The translations under genes and the position numbers were made by a program. A stretch of DNA of 62,288 nucleotides, the filler included, from Asterionella formosa (taxonomy: Eukaryota): the NCBI GenBank assembly GCA_002256025.1. It is 4 parts of 4 records of this genome, joined end to end, with 100 filler letters (N's around TTAATTAATTAA, not from the genome) between each part and the next. Parts side by side here need not be neighbours in the genome. Positions count along the whole stretch, not along the records: positions 46,807 to 62,288 come from NKIB01005420.1; 3 more parts are not named here. One strand, 5' to 3'. Positions 46,807 to 58,763 of the stretch are shown in pieces. Numbering within the stretch: the stretch's first letter is position 1; each line of letters opens with the position of its first letter. Below the pieces are notes generated by a model. It was not told where the DNA came from. It saw only the letters and a program-made list of their open reading frames with translations, and did no database searches.

Positions 46807-48368
46807 AGCAATACGCAGTTGGCTGCATCCAGGTTTAACTGTGCAAGTCTTGCCTTGGCTTTGTTGTCTTTGATGATTTCTGATCCCTGGTTGAGTTGGG
46901 TGACAGCTAGGAGGAATGAGCTTGTATTATTCTCAATTCCCAATCCCAAACTATATTGCAACAGGATTTTGCCAATCTTGAAATGAGTTTTGTTAATGTC
47001 AGAAGTTCCGGACATGTATGCAGCATGCTGAACTCGATCATGCTCAAACGCGTAGGTCAGCTCGTCGCACTCAGCAACTAGCCTTAGATTTACTGCTTCT
47101 TGAAGAGTCGCAAGGATATCATCTATCTCATCATCGGATGGAACACGAATGGCATCTTCTCCTGTTAAATCGTCTCTGAGGTTAACCTCGTTAATGCAGC
47201 TGGTGATACAAGTCAATGCAATCACGCAAAACTGAGATCCTAAGCAGCTTGCAATCATAAGCAAAGATTGTGCTTTGGGAGATAGTTGCCCCAATTCCTC
47301 GGCAACAATGTGGACCACATCGGTATCTGTGCTTTCTTCGCTATTCGTGTTGCTTCCAACGTCAGTCCAATTCCATTGTTTGTTTTCTGGTGACCAAAAG
47401 AGCGCTCCACGCTTCTGAATAAGTTGAAGATAATGAAGGACGAAGAAAATGTTTCCCCCAGTCTTGGCATAAACGACATTACTGAGGGACACACAATCCT
47501 CTGGGGGTTGCTCAAGGAGATGCGAAATAATTTCGTTGACTATCTCCTTGCCAAATCCCTCCAAGTACAAATCAGTAGAAGCGAGAATCGAATGATTCAC
47601 GCTTCTTACAAGCGACGTAAGAGGATGGCTGTGACAAATCTGGTCGCTTCGGTAGCTCCCAATAAAGAGAAAAGTAGAGTACTGGTCAGAGATTACAGTC
47701 TTGATTAGTTGCAGTGACGATGCGTCTGACCAATGCAGGTCCTCCAGCACCAACACAATTGGAGATACGCAAGTCGATAGTAGGCGAACAAAATCTCTAA
47801 AGATGAATTGCGTACGTAGGAACGCATTGCTGTCGTAGAAAGAGGGGCGACGTTTATTGCGTGGCAAATCGTTGAAAACATCCCAGAAACCCTCAACAGT
47901 GTTTGATAATACAATTCGTCGTTCAGGTCTCATGCCATTCTTGAGCTTTTCAACGATTAACTCGCTGTTTGGAGAGTTGAGGATATACTCGCAAATCTGA
48001 CTAAAGGCACTGACGATTGCCAGGTAGGGGACAGCCTCTAGGGTTTGCTCGAACTTTCCAAAGACAAAGCAACATTCTGGGCTCTGCGCCAGCACAGACT
48101 CCTTGAATTTCTGAATCAGCGTGCTCTTGCCTGATCCGGATGAACCATGTAGCAGAGCAACCTCCACATGGTGAGCTTCCTTATCGCAGTTGAACTCTTC
48201 TCCTGCCTGAATAGGCCCTGAAGCTAGATTGTAGATTGGAGCAAATGCTTCAGCGAGCAATTCTAGTTCCTCTTCGCGGCCATAAAACGCGACTCTCTGA
48301 ATATCTAACGATGGCGCTACTACAGCGTTGGAATTCATGCTAGCAGCGCTTGTTATTGAGCTTGTCAT
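46807..48368 (-). CDS. AAA_16/COG3899-type STAND-like ATPase, 3' end cut by the scaffold end
   Basis: FYGREEEL, Walker A GSSGSGKST, FGKFEQ..PY, Walker B LVLEDLHWSD, KTGGNIFF and FEHDRVQHAAY. Confidence 0.88.
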
Positions 48369-49129
48369 GTGTGTGGATGATTATGAATTGAAGGGAAGGG
48401 TACAGTAAGGAAGACGTGGACCTTCGATGACAGTTCGCGATGATATTATACATATACACTAATTATAGCAAGGAGCAGACGGAAACTTCTACCGGCAAGT
48501 CCATTGGGACATCGCAGTTATACTTACGGGGTATGCTGGGCAATAGAAAATTACGACAAAAAGAATCCTTAACAGCCTATACTACATTATAGGGTCTTCT
48601 TATTAGCGACATAAATATCCTTTCATGAAGATTTGCATTTCAGTTTTAACGGAAACTTCGACATTTAAAGTACTAGATGAGATTTAAACAGGCTACATAC
48701 AATGAATTCTACAGACGAGTGTGCCACAGGGCGGAATCCAGAATCCGTTCGTATGCCATACTTGATGTCGAAATACGGCAACAAATTATAAAATACACAA
48801 TGATTTATGTATGACATCGTACATGGATTTGTACGGCTCACCTGGTGGTATACATAGTACACTCAATGCACCAACTGGCATTTTGAGTTGTTAGCTAGCT
48901 AGCAGTAGTAATGTTATGCTATTTCGAGGTGGTGTTGGATATGATCTCACATCATGACAATGAATAGCAATTGAGATCGAAAAATTTAGGCCTGCAAAGA
49001 TTTAACTGGCACCAAAAATTTACTGTTTTGATTTGCTAGGTAATTTGGTCATCATGAGAAACAAATTGTATGAACAAGCAAGGACCAGCATTGGTATGTT
49101 TTGAGTTGTTGGAGAAAATCTATGGTCAC

Positions 49130-49980
49130 AATGAAGAGTCTGAAAGCAAAGGGAAAACCAATTTGGGGTTAGCTGAAAGATTATGTAAACAATCAATTCT
49201 ACTTGAGTTGAGCTTTGTTTGACAAAGTACTACTATCGCAATGACAAAGAATAATGATTCACATGGAAAGAGAATTTCAATTTGCATCTAGTGAGCATTC
49301 AATCGAAAAAAATTTCTTCAGGTTTGTGTCAACTCGTTCGAAAAGTGCATACATGCTGTTTGTTGTACAGGATAAACTATCATTATATGATGAAGACTAG
49401 TGATTATTCATATGGAAAGAAAAAAACGATTTGGGTCTACTGAGAGTTGAACAAAATAAAATAATAAGGTCTGCGTCGACTAGGTTTAAAACATCTTTGT
49501 TGTGTTGGATATTCAAGGGTCATATCATGAAATCTAATGATTCATATTGAAAGTAAGACTCGGTTTGGGTCTGCTGAGAGTTCAACTCAATGAACAAATT
49601 CAATTTTTGGTCGAATTATTTAAACTGCAAATATGTTGTTTTGAGCACAATAAAAGACTTGCCTACAAATAGGGGAGCACGAATGGGCTATAAAGCATAC
49701 TATCCTTTTTGATTTGTAAAATAATTTTATCATCATGACAGAATTTATTAGAAACCGAGATATGGTGTTGATCCGCTAAACAGCCAGTTCAACTCGAAAA
49801 ATGTTATACAATTTGAGTTGCATCCACTTTTTAAAAACGAAAACCAACATAGCTGGTATTGAGTTGTTGATTCTATAATCATAACAAAGGATCTTAACAC
49901 ATGTGGAGAGTGAAAATATATTTGTGTTTGCTGAAAAATCCTTTAAAATCAAATTCTAATTGAGTGGAGTTTTCTTCGAA
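49130..49980. repeat. Degenerate tandem array with a period of about 135-150 bp
   Basis: ATTCA(C/T)AT(G/T)GAAAG recurs at about 49257, 49406 and 49540. TTTGGGTCT.CTGAGAGTT recurs at 49430 and 49564, with weaker copies at 49162 and 49921. Confidence 0.6.
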
Positions 49981-51844
49981 GAATTGAAGGTTGGGACGAT
50001 AGCAAGCTGTCAAACATTAAATATGGTTCTGATGAGTATAGCCAAGTTCTGTGTGCATGATGGAGGGAAGGGAAAGATTTGTGACAAAAAGGAAATTATA
50101 TAGTAGTAGCAAATCAAAATAGAATAAACATTTATTTTGATATTATCAAACAGGAGCGTTACTAGTTAACTTACTTAGCTTGTTCATTTCAACCTGCATC
50201 AACTGCTATTCTCAATGACTTCCTGCAAGCGCAAGCAATAAGCATTCACCAAAAGGATGATGAATGTGGGCAGCCATCAAGTATTGCAGCAATATAATGA
50301 TGGAACAATGAGGCCATGGTGTGTAAGTGTGTTGATCGCGATGACTGCATGAAAATTCTTTCTATATTTAACACACGACTTCAACTCACGAAAAAATAAT
50401 TCGTGTACACAATACAGGATTCCATATTTATTTTGCCTTTGGCAGGATTCTACAACGATCTAGTAGTACCAGGAGGTTACCGGACTATCGCCCAAGAGAA
50501 CGCCGTAAGGTTATCTTCACTATACCTTCGACCGAAAATCACTAGCTTCACCGTGTTCGTCTTGATGATCAACAGTTCGATCATTTTCTCAGCCAAATAC
50601 CGGACGATTGTCCGGTGGAGGTACACAAAACCCTGAACTGATGCCAACAATGAAAAATACGAAATGAGGAGTCGATTGCTGATGTTTCAATTTTTCATTT
50701 CATTTCTTGGCATCTTGGCAGCGTTCTTCCGGACTTGAGAAAATATAAGAGAGGAAGTTTAAAAAGCTAAAATGAGAAGACTTAGTTAGTATAAGCGTTC
50801 TCCTTATCACTGATGTGGCACTAACAGGGAAAAACCTTGCTTTGAACTGTAAGTGATCATGAGCAAAAGACCGGAAATCATAGCACATCTTGTCAACCAG
50901 CAGTGCGTGTCTCACTCAGTTGCCATTTTTTCCTACTCTTCCTTCTTGTGGAAGCGGAGATAATGATGATATGAGGAATGGGTTTATTGAAAGGTTCTCG
51001 GAGTCCTAACTTGCATAATAATGAATGACATGCATGGTATCATATCTAAGATTTTTTAATATCTACTTACCCAAGTAAATATATGTAACATTACATTTAT
51101 TTTTCATTGATCATTACATATAATATTTCATCAGACACGTGTATGTCTTAGATATTGTAGCACTAATTTTCAGTGGAAAATTATGTTGAAGACTGCAGTA
51201 CCTGTTGGGATGAAAATGAAATTTTTTTCACTATTAGCCAGCATAAAGTAAAAGAAATGGATTCACAATTCAAGTAGTACTCTCCAAATGGAAAACACAA
51301 CTCAACATTCATGTACTATGGAAACAAGAGTTTGGTAACACTTACTGGGAGACGTGCATATACACCCACCCTCGTATGAGTCTACCAATAAGTAAAAGCA
51401 AATCGACTTAAACCTTGCATACTGTGAATGACATCATGTAATGGAATACCAGTGGCGATAAAGATTCACCATGAGGCTGTCAATTGAGGGCAGTGGTGGT
51501 GATTGGTGGAACAAATCAATGATGCAACGACGACATAATAGTGTTTTAATGTGTTGATAATGATGATGTATCAGACTCTTCACACCTTGAATTTGAGGTC
51601 AAACTGACTCCTAAAACATGGAAAGTACCACTCCTAAAATATGGAAAGTACAAAATGTACGCACGAGTATAACTTCGATCTTGGGAGGATCACACCCATC
51701 TACACCACCAAATACAGAAAGTACTGATAATTTGTTGCAGGAAAAACAATGTTGTTACTATGATACACACAATATGTTAAATTACTACTCGCTATTAATT
51801 CACTTCATTTCCACCTCTTCCAATCCATAGGCAAGCTTTTCATT

Positions 51845-52062
51845 GTGCTACCTGCTGACAAGGCCTGTGCTTCCCTAATTTTGTTAGCATAGGTGAGTCC
51901 ACGACCACTTTTCGCAAAATTTCATCATCTTCGCCAATGCGTTAGGAGAAATTCCGACTGGCTAGGAGGGGGGGGGGTGACCCATTATTTCTTGTTGCTC
52001 ACCAGGCAAGACCGTGCGGGATGGTAAGGAGTGTGGGAGTTGAACCCAATAATTGCTTCTCA
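51845..52062 (-). mobile_element. 5'-truncated copy of the second SINE-like family
   Basis: The minus strand reads AGAAGCAATT.TT.GGTTCAACTCCCACACTCCT.ACC.TCC.GCA.GGTCTTGCCTGGTG...TTCTCCTAA.GC...GGC.AAGATGAT...CACCTATGCTAA.AAAA...GGAAGCACA, collinear with 42870-43085. Confidence 0.75.
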
Positions 52063-52804
52063 AAAATTGCAAAATAACAAATGTCGATGTTGAGCAAGCA
52101 TCATAGCCTTTAGATGATTTATCCTTGTTCTTGTTAGGAGGAGTTTGTTTGATTGTGCAATGCACTAATTGGTCAAGCACCAGGAATGCATGGTGTGCAA
52201 TGATGATGCCGGGAGTCACAAATTTCCAATCCCTCCTGCAACTTTGAAAACCGTTGATTAAGATAGGTTTTTGTCATTAATTAAGCCAGGACAGGAGAAC
52301 GATTTTGAGTTTGGAGAGAATGTAAGCAAGACTTGCTTTCTATTGCCTCAGGCCGCCCCTCTTTTGCCCTACTCATTGTTGAGTTTTTTCCTGACATTTC
52401 CCTGTTTTGAAGAATAACATTAGCATAAAACCTAGTATGTCACTAAGTGGTGATCACCATGCATACAGACGATTTCAAAGTGTGAATTGATGACGTTTTC
52501 TAGTATGTAAATGAACCCCTATCCTGCGTCATGTTTTCAATTTCAGCAAAATGACCGCCACTTGCTGGTTCTAGTAATTGCTTACAATGTACTGAACTCC
52601 TGGAAGGTCCGGTAATCAGTGAATTGCGCACACTATAAACTAAAAATTCCATGCAGCGGTTTCAACCGACCGGTACTTCATTGGAAGTCTGACCGGCTCA
52701 CCAATTCCGAAATGATGAAAAATCTCAAAATTTTTTCATGTATTTATACTACCTGTAACCGTTATAAAATTTCAAACGGAAAAGCGCTGCCACCTTTCAC
52801 AGCA

Positions 52805-53385
52805 GAATCGCTGACTACCAACTTCAACTTGCTGACTGCGGACTTCTTGTTGCTAACTGCTGACTTGATTTGCTGAAAATTTGAAACATTTGCTGACTGC
52901 TGACTTCGTTTGCTGACTGCTAACATGCAGTCGCTGACTGCCAACTTCAACATGCTGACGTCAAATACTTTGTACACAGGAATAGACCAGCTAGTACCAG
53001 TTCCGGTGTATGAATCGCGTCTACTTTTCACATTTGAATAATGATGGAAACGCATCTTTTTGTTGTTGGGATACTAAATGTATGCCTTCGATGTTCATAC
53101 TAGCATACTATCAGGAGTAACAAAGAGGTACCTGGTAGCTAGTACTCCATACATAATTAGAACTGTGAAATAGACATTGAGCCTGAAAAAAATCATTGCT
53201 ATCTACTTCTTCATATTGCTACCACTATGTTCTGGTACTATTGTAAAATGCTGACTTCAACTTGCTAACTACTGACTTTGTTTCACTGACTTCTGATTTG
53301 ATTTGCTGAAAATTTGAAAAAATCGCTAAATGCTGACTTCTTTTGCTGACTGCTGACATGAAATTGCTGACTGCTGACTTAAAAG
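52805..53385. repeat. Two direct-repeat blocks of about 150 bp built from GCTGACT motifs
   Basis: Blocks 52805-52960 and 53248-53385 share ACTTCAACTTGCT.ACT, TTGATTTGCTGAAAATTTGAAA and GCTGACTGCT.AC. Confidence 0.8.
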
Positions 53386-54828
53386 TTCATTTTGACAATA
53401 AAACAAGAAATGGCTTAATGTCTATGTAAACAACTATTTAAAGAATAATGGAGTGGCTCAAAATTTAGGGGGTTCGACAATTTTTTGGGGTATACCCCTG
53501 CCTTTTTCTCGTCTGTGAATCGATGAACAGAAAACGAGCAACCTGCACGCTCTATGCGCTGATTACTGGACCTTCCTGTCGTTGTTGTAAATCCAATGCA
53601 TACGTATGTACAAACTCCAAACAAAAGAACATACGGTACCAGGTATGGTATTGAGGAAGAAGCGATTCACTTCGGATTAGGTTCCAAGAAGCAACTTGAA
53701 CAAAAGGAAGTTTATGTATCAGGTACCTTTGTCAGTAACCTTGTACATACCAACATTCGTCTGTATGTAGGCTGAAAAAGAATTCACTATGATACATATC
53801 GTTTCTTCTCCTGAATTTCAGGTGCGAAAAACAGGTACCGGTAACGTAAAATGACCCTAAGTGGCAATTAATGTCAAACCTCAAGTTCTCTACTGCTACC
53901 TTCCTTCGAACACATTTGTTGTACATTCACGTGGAATGTAGATGTTTGACAAATCAGGATCCATATAATTTGAGATTACAATACCGGTAGTAACCACTTT
54001 GTTGTGCGTAAGCCACTACGACCTAGTACCAGACGGCAATTGGAGAATCTTCCGGGGAAAAACTGGAAGCAGAAATAATCACTAGCTTCACTTTTTTAAC
54101 TACCTGGTACCAGCACCTGGTACGTACCGGTCCACATACTGATTGTCACCGACAGTTTGATCATATCTCCAAAGCCGGATAATGTCCGGTAGAACCAAAT
54201 AAGAAGCCTGCGACTTTGTTCCGGTGGTACATACTGAACTGAACGGATGGTTGGTTTCCTTTTAACATTTAACAGGGCTGATAGCGCTTACCCCTATGTG
54301 TGCTCCCCACTCCCGGGTTACACATTCCATTTACCGGTAAGCGGTAGGCAAGGAATGTAACGTTCGTACAGAAATTCATTTTCAGAGGAGGCACGGCAGT
54401 GAGTGTTTTTGACTGGCTGATGATTGTGTCTGCTTTTAGCCCGCGTTTGCAAAATGACCTCCTCCACTACATACCGGTACAACAAATTTTATTTTATTAC
54501 TTATCCGGTAAATAATATGAAACATACCTCATGGTCCTTATTTACCAGCTGGACATCATTCATCAGGTAGTAAAAAAATTGGCATCTTATGTACACAGCA
54601 CAGCATGAAATACTTTTTACCGTACCGGGGTAGATGGGGTCATTAGAGACAGCGCGTAGACTACCTGGTACCAGGGGTACTCCCAAACTGTTTTCATCAA
54701 ATTATTGTCGACTTTGTTGACTGAGTAATCTGGTCCCGAAATATATATATATACATATATTTCCATGCGCACATATACGTAATAAGACAAAGGTTGTTTT
54801 TATTTTCTTCTCAAGGCCGGCGCCGAAG

Positions 54829-55908
54829 ATGACAAGCAAAATGTTAGACAGTGCCATAGACATCTATCACAAACATGTCATTAAGCTACCTAAAGATTTC
54901 AGTAACGGCGACGATGACATTGCGTCGAGGCGACATACCGTCAATAGCAGCACAGGGAGTCGTTCTAGCGGCGATGAGGAGAGGAGTCAAAGTCAATCAT
55001 CAAGCAAGCACGGGTCAAGTCGCAGCGAAAATGGCCGTCACACCAAAGCCAGAAGGGCAAGTCATCGACTGAAGCATCACTCACAAGAAGTGTTCGGCCG
55101 AGAGTATGCCATGTTCCCAACTTCCGTGAGCTATCATGAAGCGCGTAAGACAGTGGGCGGTGCCTACGCAGGCTACAAGGACCGCCCAGGGAGTCTCCTC
55201 AACAACTGGCTGCTAGAGCCCCTTCATCTCAACCAAGATGACCTTGTCGAGGCGTCTCGCTGTACCAATGGCTATCCGTTGCATGGCCTCTTGCGAATGC
55301 GAGGTGGGGTTCTATTCGGGGTCAAAGATGAAGCCACCGAAAACAAGCCGGCCAGTCTCAAGGCCTGCACCATCTTTCGAGAGTACGATCCTGCTAATGA
55401 AGGCAAGAAAGGAATTTTCAAGGAATTCACTTGTTTGTTGTGCAGAACCTGTGCCTTTGTTCAGATGAAGCTACAACCCGAAGGCATTCCGACGGCCTTG
55501 TCCAAACCAAAGGACAAGGATTCACGGGATATTGCCAGGTATGAACTACGCTCCGAATATCTTGAATTAAAGTTGAGTGAATGGCACAGGATGTATGGAC
55601 CCCAGAAATCGCATTGGCACCTTACCAATATTGCTGTGCTCCCTGAGGCTCAGAATAAAGGGCTGGGAACAGAGATGATGAAAACATTGCAAACATTGGC
55701 GGATCATTACAAGTCGGACTGTTACCTCGAATGCGCAGGAAAGGAGATTGCAGAGTTCTTTCAGAAGTTTGGCTTTATTGTTGTTGGCGAAGAAAAGCTA
55801 TGTGACGATGATGATCATGGTGTTGGTTGTGACTCCTTTCCAACAGTTTTCCTCATGGTCCGCAAAGCGGCCCGCATCAAGGTGAAAATGCTCCCATGCG
55901 AAAATTAG
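54829..55908 (+). CDS. GNAT-family N-acetyltransferase
   Basis: HWHLTNIAVLPEAQNKGLGTEMM (acetyl-CoA motif A) and CYLEC....AEFFQKFGF (motif B). Confidence 0.85.
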   Translation: MTSKMLDSAIDIYHKHVIKLPKDFSNGDDDIASRRHTVNSSTGSRSSGDEERSQSQSSSKHGSSRSENGRHTKARRASHRLKHHSQEVFGREYAMFPTSVSYHEARKTVGGAYAGYKDRPGSLLNNWLLEPLHLNQDDLVEASRCTNGYPLHGLLRMRGGVLFGVKDEATENKPASLKACTIFREYDPANEGKKGIFKEFTCLLCRTCAFVQMKLQPEGIPTALSKPKDKDSRDIARYELRSEYLELKLSEWHRMYGPQKSHWHLTNIAVLPEAQNKGLGTEMMKTLQTLADHYKSDCYLECAGKEIAEFFQKFGFIVVGEEKLCDDDDHGVGCDSFPTVFLMVRKAARIKVKMLPCEN

Positions 55909-56040
55909 AGAACCAGTAGTATTACCTGGGACCTGAATGTTTCTTGCTGCACACCTTGGGTATTTATTTTTCCAATTTGACTCAAACTCCTTAATTTTCA
56001 AATCTACAAACAAATGTATGACCCAGCATCCTAGAATAAA

Positions 56041-56224
56041 ACTTTTAAAAAATGATAATTAAATCTTGGTGTACCTTTACGAACCTGTCTTTCTATCAGC
56101 CACACACACACCCTAGGGACTACAGTACTATACATCAAAAAGACAGGTAGAGAATGCAAAAATCAAACCTGCCACCTTGGCAGGTGTGCTAACCAACTAC
56201 CAGTAAGCCATTCTTCCCCCAGTG
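56041..56224 (-). mobile_element. Second, more decayed copy of the tRNA-derived SINE, with a 12-bp TSD
   Basis: The minus strand reads GAATGGCTTA...GGTTAGCACACCTG...GGTGGCAGGTTTGATTTTTGCATTCTCTACCTGTCTTTTTG, matching 42538-42460. TSD TCCTAGAATAAA at 56029-56040 and 56225-56236. Confidence 0.85.
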
Positions 56225-57221
56225 TCCTAGAATAAACAAATCATGGAATCAGGTGTGGAAATCAATGGTGGAGAACAGATAAATATTGGCATATATATAT
56301 ATAGTCCAACTTGTACCAGCATGTGATTCTACCAAAATTATGTAATCACAGTATGCATGTACTCCCTCTGTTCATCTTGCTATTCACCTCACATCAGGTG
56401 AAGCAGGCAGCACAACCACATCTATCCCAAATAATGCAAAAGAAGGCCCTCAAAAGCTAGGAGCAAGCAATGCTTGCACCAGACAGCACAAATAACAACA
56501 ATGAACTTTTACATTTAATCATGAAAGGGAGAACATTAAGACAAAACATCTCTGCTTCGAACATTCAATGCCACAAAGTCATGATAGCTTTTAAAACAAT
56601 GGTGCGACCAGGAATGAAATCTTACTTATGAGGATCAACATTCTCGCAATAAAGTCAACAGATCCTACCTCCCCACAGCCACTCCTGACTCGGATGGTGG
56701 GCGGTGGGCTTCAACTCATCCCAGACTATAAAGATCTTCTGTTCTTTGGGCCTCCTTCTTGTGGGTGCTTTGGTTTTACAAACATGCACACAGACTGACC
56801 AGGGACGAATCAACCAAATCCCAAAAGCTCATTAAATCCTATCCGGCACAAAGATGCAAGAGATGGTGTGATAGGNNNNNNNNNNNNNNNNNNNNNNNNN
56901 NNNNNNNNNNNNNNNNNNNNNNNNNNNNNNNNNNNNNNNNNNNNNNNNNNNNNNNNNNNNNNNNNNNNNNNNNNNNNNNNNNNNNNNNNNNNNNNNNNNN
57001 NNNNNNNNNNNNNNNNNNNNNNNNNNNNNNNNNNNNNNNNNNNNNNNNNNNNNNNNNNNNNNNNNNNNNNNNNNNNNNNNNNNNNNNNNNNNNNNNNNNN
57101 NNNNNNNNNNNNNNNNNNNNNNNNNNNNNNNNNNNNNNNNNNNNNNNNNNNNNNNNTCCTGTTTCCATCAGTTATATTGTTTCTTAGCTATCCTTGGCCG
57201 GTTCCCATCAGGTACTGTAAT

Positions 57222-58763
57222 ATGGCAAAGCTTACAGCTGAAGAGCAGAATGCTCGCATGGGTCAAGAGCGCAAGTTCTTGGCCAATCTGTTGGAATCTG
57301 CCTTGAAGGGCCAGGGCAGCAAAGTGATTGAATTGACGGAAGCATACGCAGCAGAACACAATCTGAGCAAGGCAAATGTCCTGTCTCAATTCAAAGATGC
57401 CCAACAGCGAACTGCGATCCACTTCGCCTGTCAATCCTCGCCTGACGATGCCACCGAAGACGACGATATCCTTCGCACCTTGCTTGCGAAGAAATGGCTG
57501 TCGCAGTCATCTGCCCAAGCCATGGTCCGCCTCAAGGACAAGAGTGGACTGACTCCGTTGATGCTGGCTGCCCAACACCCGATTCCATCCATTGGAGAAT
57601 GGCGGGTCAGGATCTTGCTTCAGATCGGTGGGGACAAACTCGCGTTGGGACGATCCAACACTGGAGCCACGGCATTGCACTATGCGGCAGGCGCAGGAGC
57701 CTCGCCCGCCACAATTCACATGTTGGCGGATGCGGCCAAGGTGGCCATCAAAACAGCATCACTCCAGGGTGGCACACCTCTTCATTGGGCGGCAGCGGCT
57801 GTTGATGGGAGGCAGGACTTTTCTGGATCACTCCAGGCGTTGCTGGACTGTGGTGCTGATATCGAAGGTGTCAATGAACAAGGCTTGACGGCCTTGGTAA
57901 TGGCCGCCGCGGCGGGGAATGACAGCCATAGCAAGTGCTTGCTGCAAGCAGGCGCCAGCCCTGCTGTCGTAATTCCTGGGAATGTTACTATTTACCACAT
58001 GGCAGCTGACTTGAATCTAGTAGGAACGCTAGCTGAGCTCTTGAAGAAGTACCCAGAATCAAGCAAAGAACAAATAGAGAAGAAAAATGATGCAGGAGAA
58101 ACACCTCTGGACTTGGCATGTAGAGAAGGACATTTAGGATGTGTCATGTTGCTCACTGGTGAAAATAATTCAGAAGCTGCAGCGAAATTTATGGAGGAAC
58201 ACAACGGGACGCTAGGACCACGCATGGTCGAACCCCCAGCTCCTGAACCGCAACATCATGAGGAAGCGGTGGAAGTTGCCATCGAACTTGAGGCCAAGCA
58301 AAGAGGATTAAATATTCTCTCACAACATATCTCTCATGATGACAAACAAAGGTCTCTAGAACTCAAAAATATGGGAAATCAACACTTTGCCAAAGAGGAA
58401 TGGAGCCAAGCCATTGATTGTTATTCCCAAGCAATTGATGCAGACCCTTCCAATGAAACTTTTTACTCGAATCGGTCCGCCTCCTACTTGAAATTAGGGA
58501 AAAAGGAAGATGCACTCTCAGATGCCATGATTTGCACCGTTCTCAAGAGTGACTGGGCCAAGGCGTTTTATCGGTTGGCTGTAGCTCGGATGGAACTGGG
58601 GCGTTACGAGGATGCGGCAGTGTCTGCGTGGGATGGACTACAACTTGATCAACAAAATGACGAACTCAAACGGCTGCTTCAAAAATGCGTCAAACAAGGA
58701 CGCAAAGAGCATTTCGAAAATGAAAAAGCAAAAGGCGAAGGTGAAAATGAGGATGAGCGATGA
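57222..58763 (+). CDS. Ankyrin-repeat protein with a C-terminal TPR (STI1-like) domain
   Basis: GLTPLMLAA, GATALHYAA, GGTPLHWAA and GETPLDLAC ankyrin motifs. ELKNMGNQHFAKEEWSQAIDCYSQAI...FYSNRSASY...WAKAFYR TPR clamp. Confidence 0.9.
   Translation: MAKLTAEEQNARMGQERKFLANLLESALKGQGSKVIELTEAYAAEHNLSKANVLSQFKDAQQRTAIHFACQSSPDDATEDDDILRTLLAKKWLSQSSAQAMVRLKDKSGLTPLMLAAQHPIPSIGEWRVRILLQIGGDKLALGRSNTGATALHYAAGAGASPATIHMLADAAKVAIKTASLQGGTPLHWAAAAVDGRQDFSGSLQALLDCGADIEGVNEQGLTALVMAAAAGNDSHSKCLLQAGASPAVVIPGNVTIYHMAADLNLVGTLAELLKKYPESSKEQIEKKNDAGETPLDLACREGHLGCVMLLTGENNSEAAAKFMEEHNGTLGPRMVEPPAPEPQHHEEAVEVAIELEAKQRGLNILSQHISHDDKQRSLELKNMGNQHFAKEEWSQAIDCYSQAIDADPSNETFYSNRSASYLKLGKKEDALSDAMICTVLKSDWAKAFYRLAVARMELGRYEDAAVSAWDGLQLDQQNDELKRLLQKCVKQGRKEHFENEKAKGEGENEDER

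Noticed and set aside
52805..53385. CRISPR-like array
   Set aside because: No constant-length repeat with unique spacers, no cas genes, and the context is eukaryotic.
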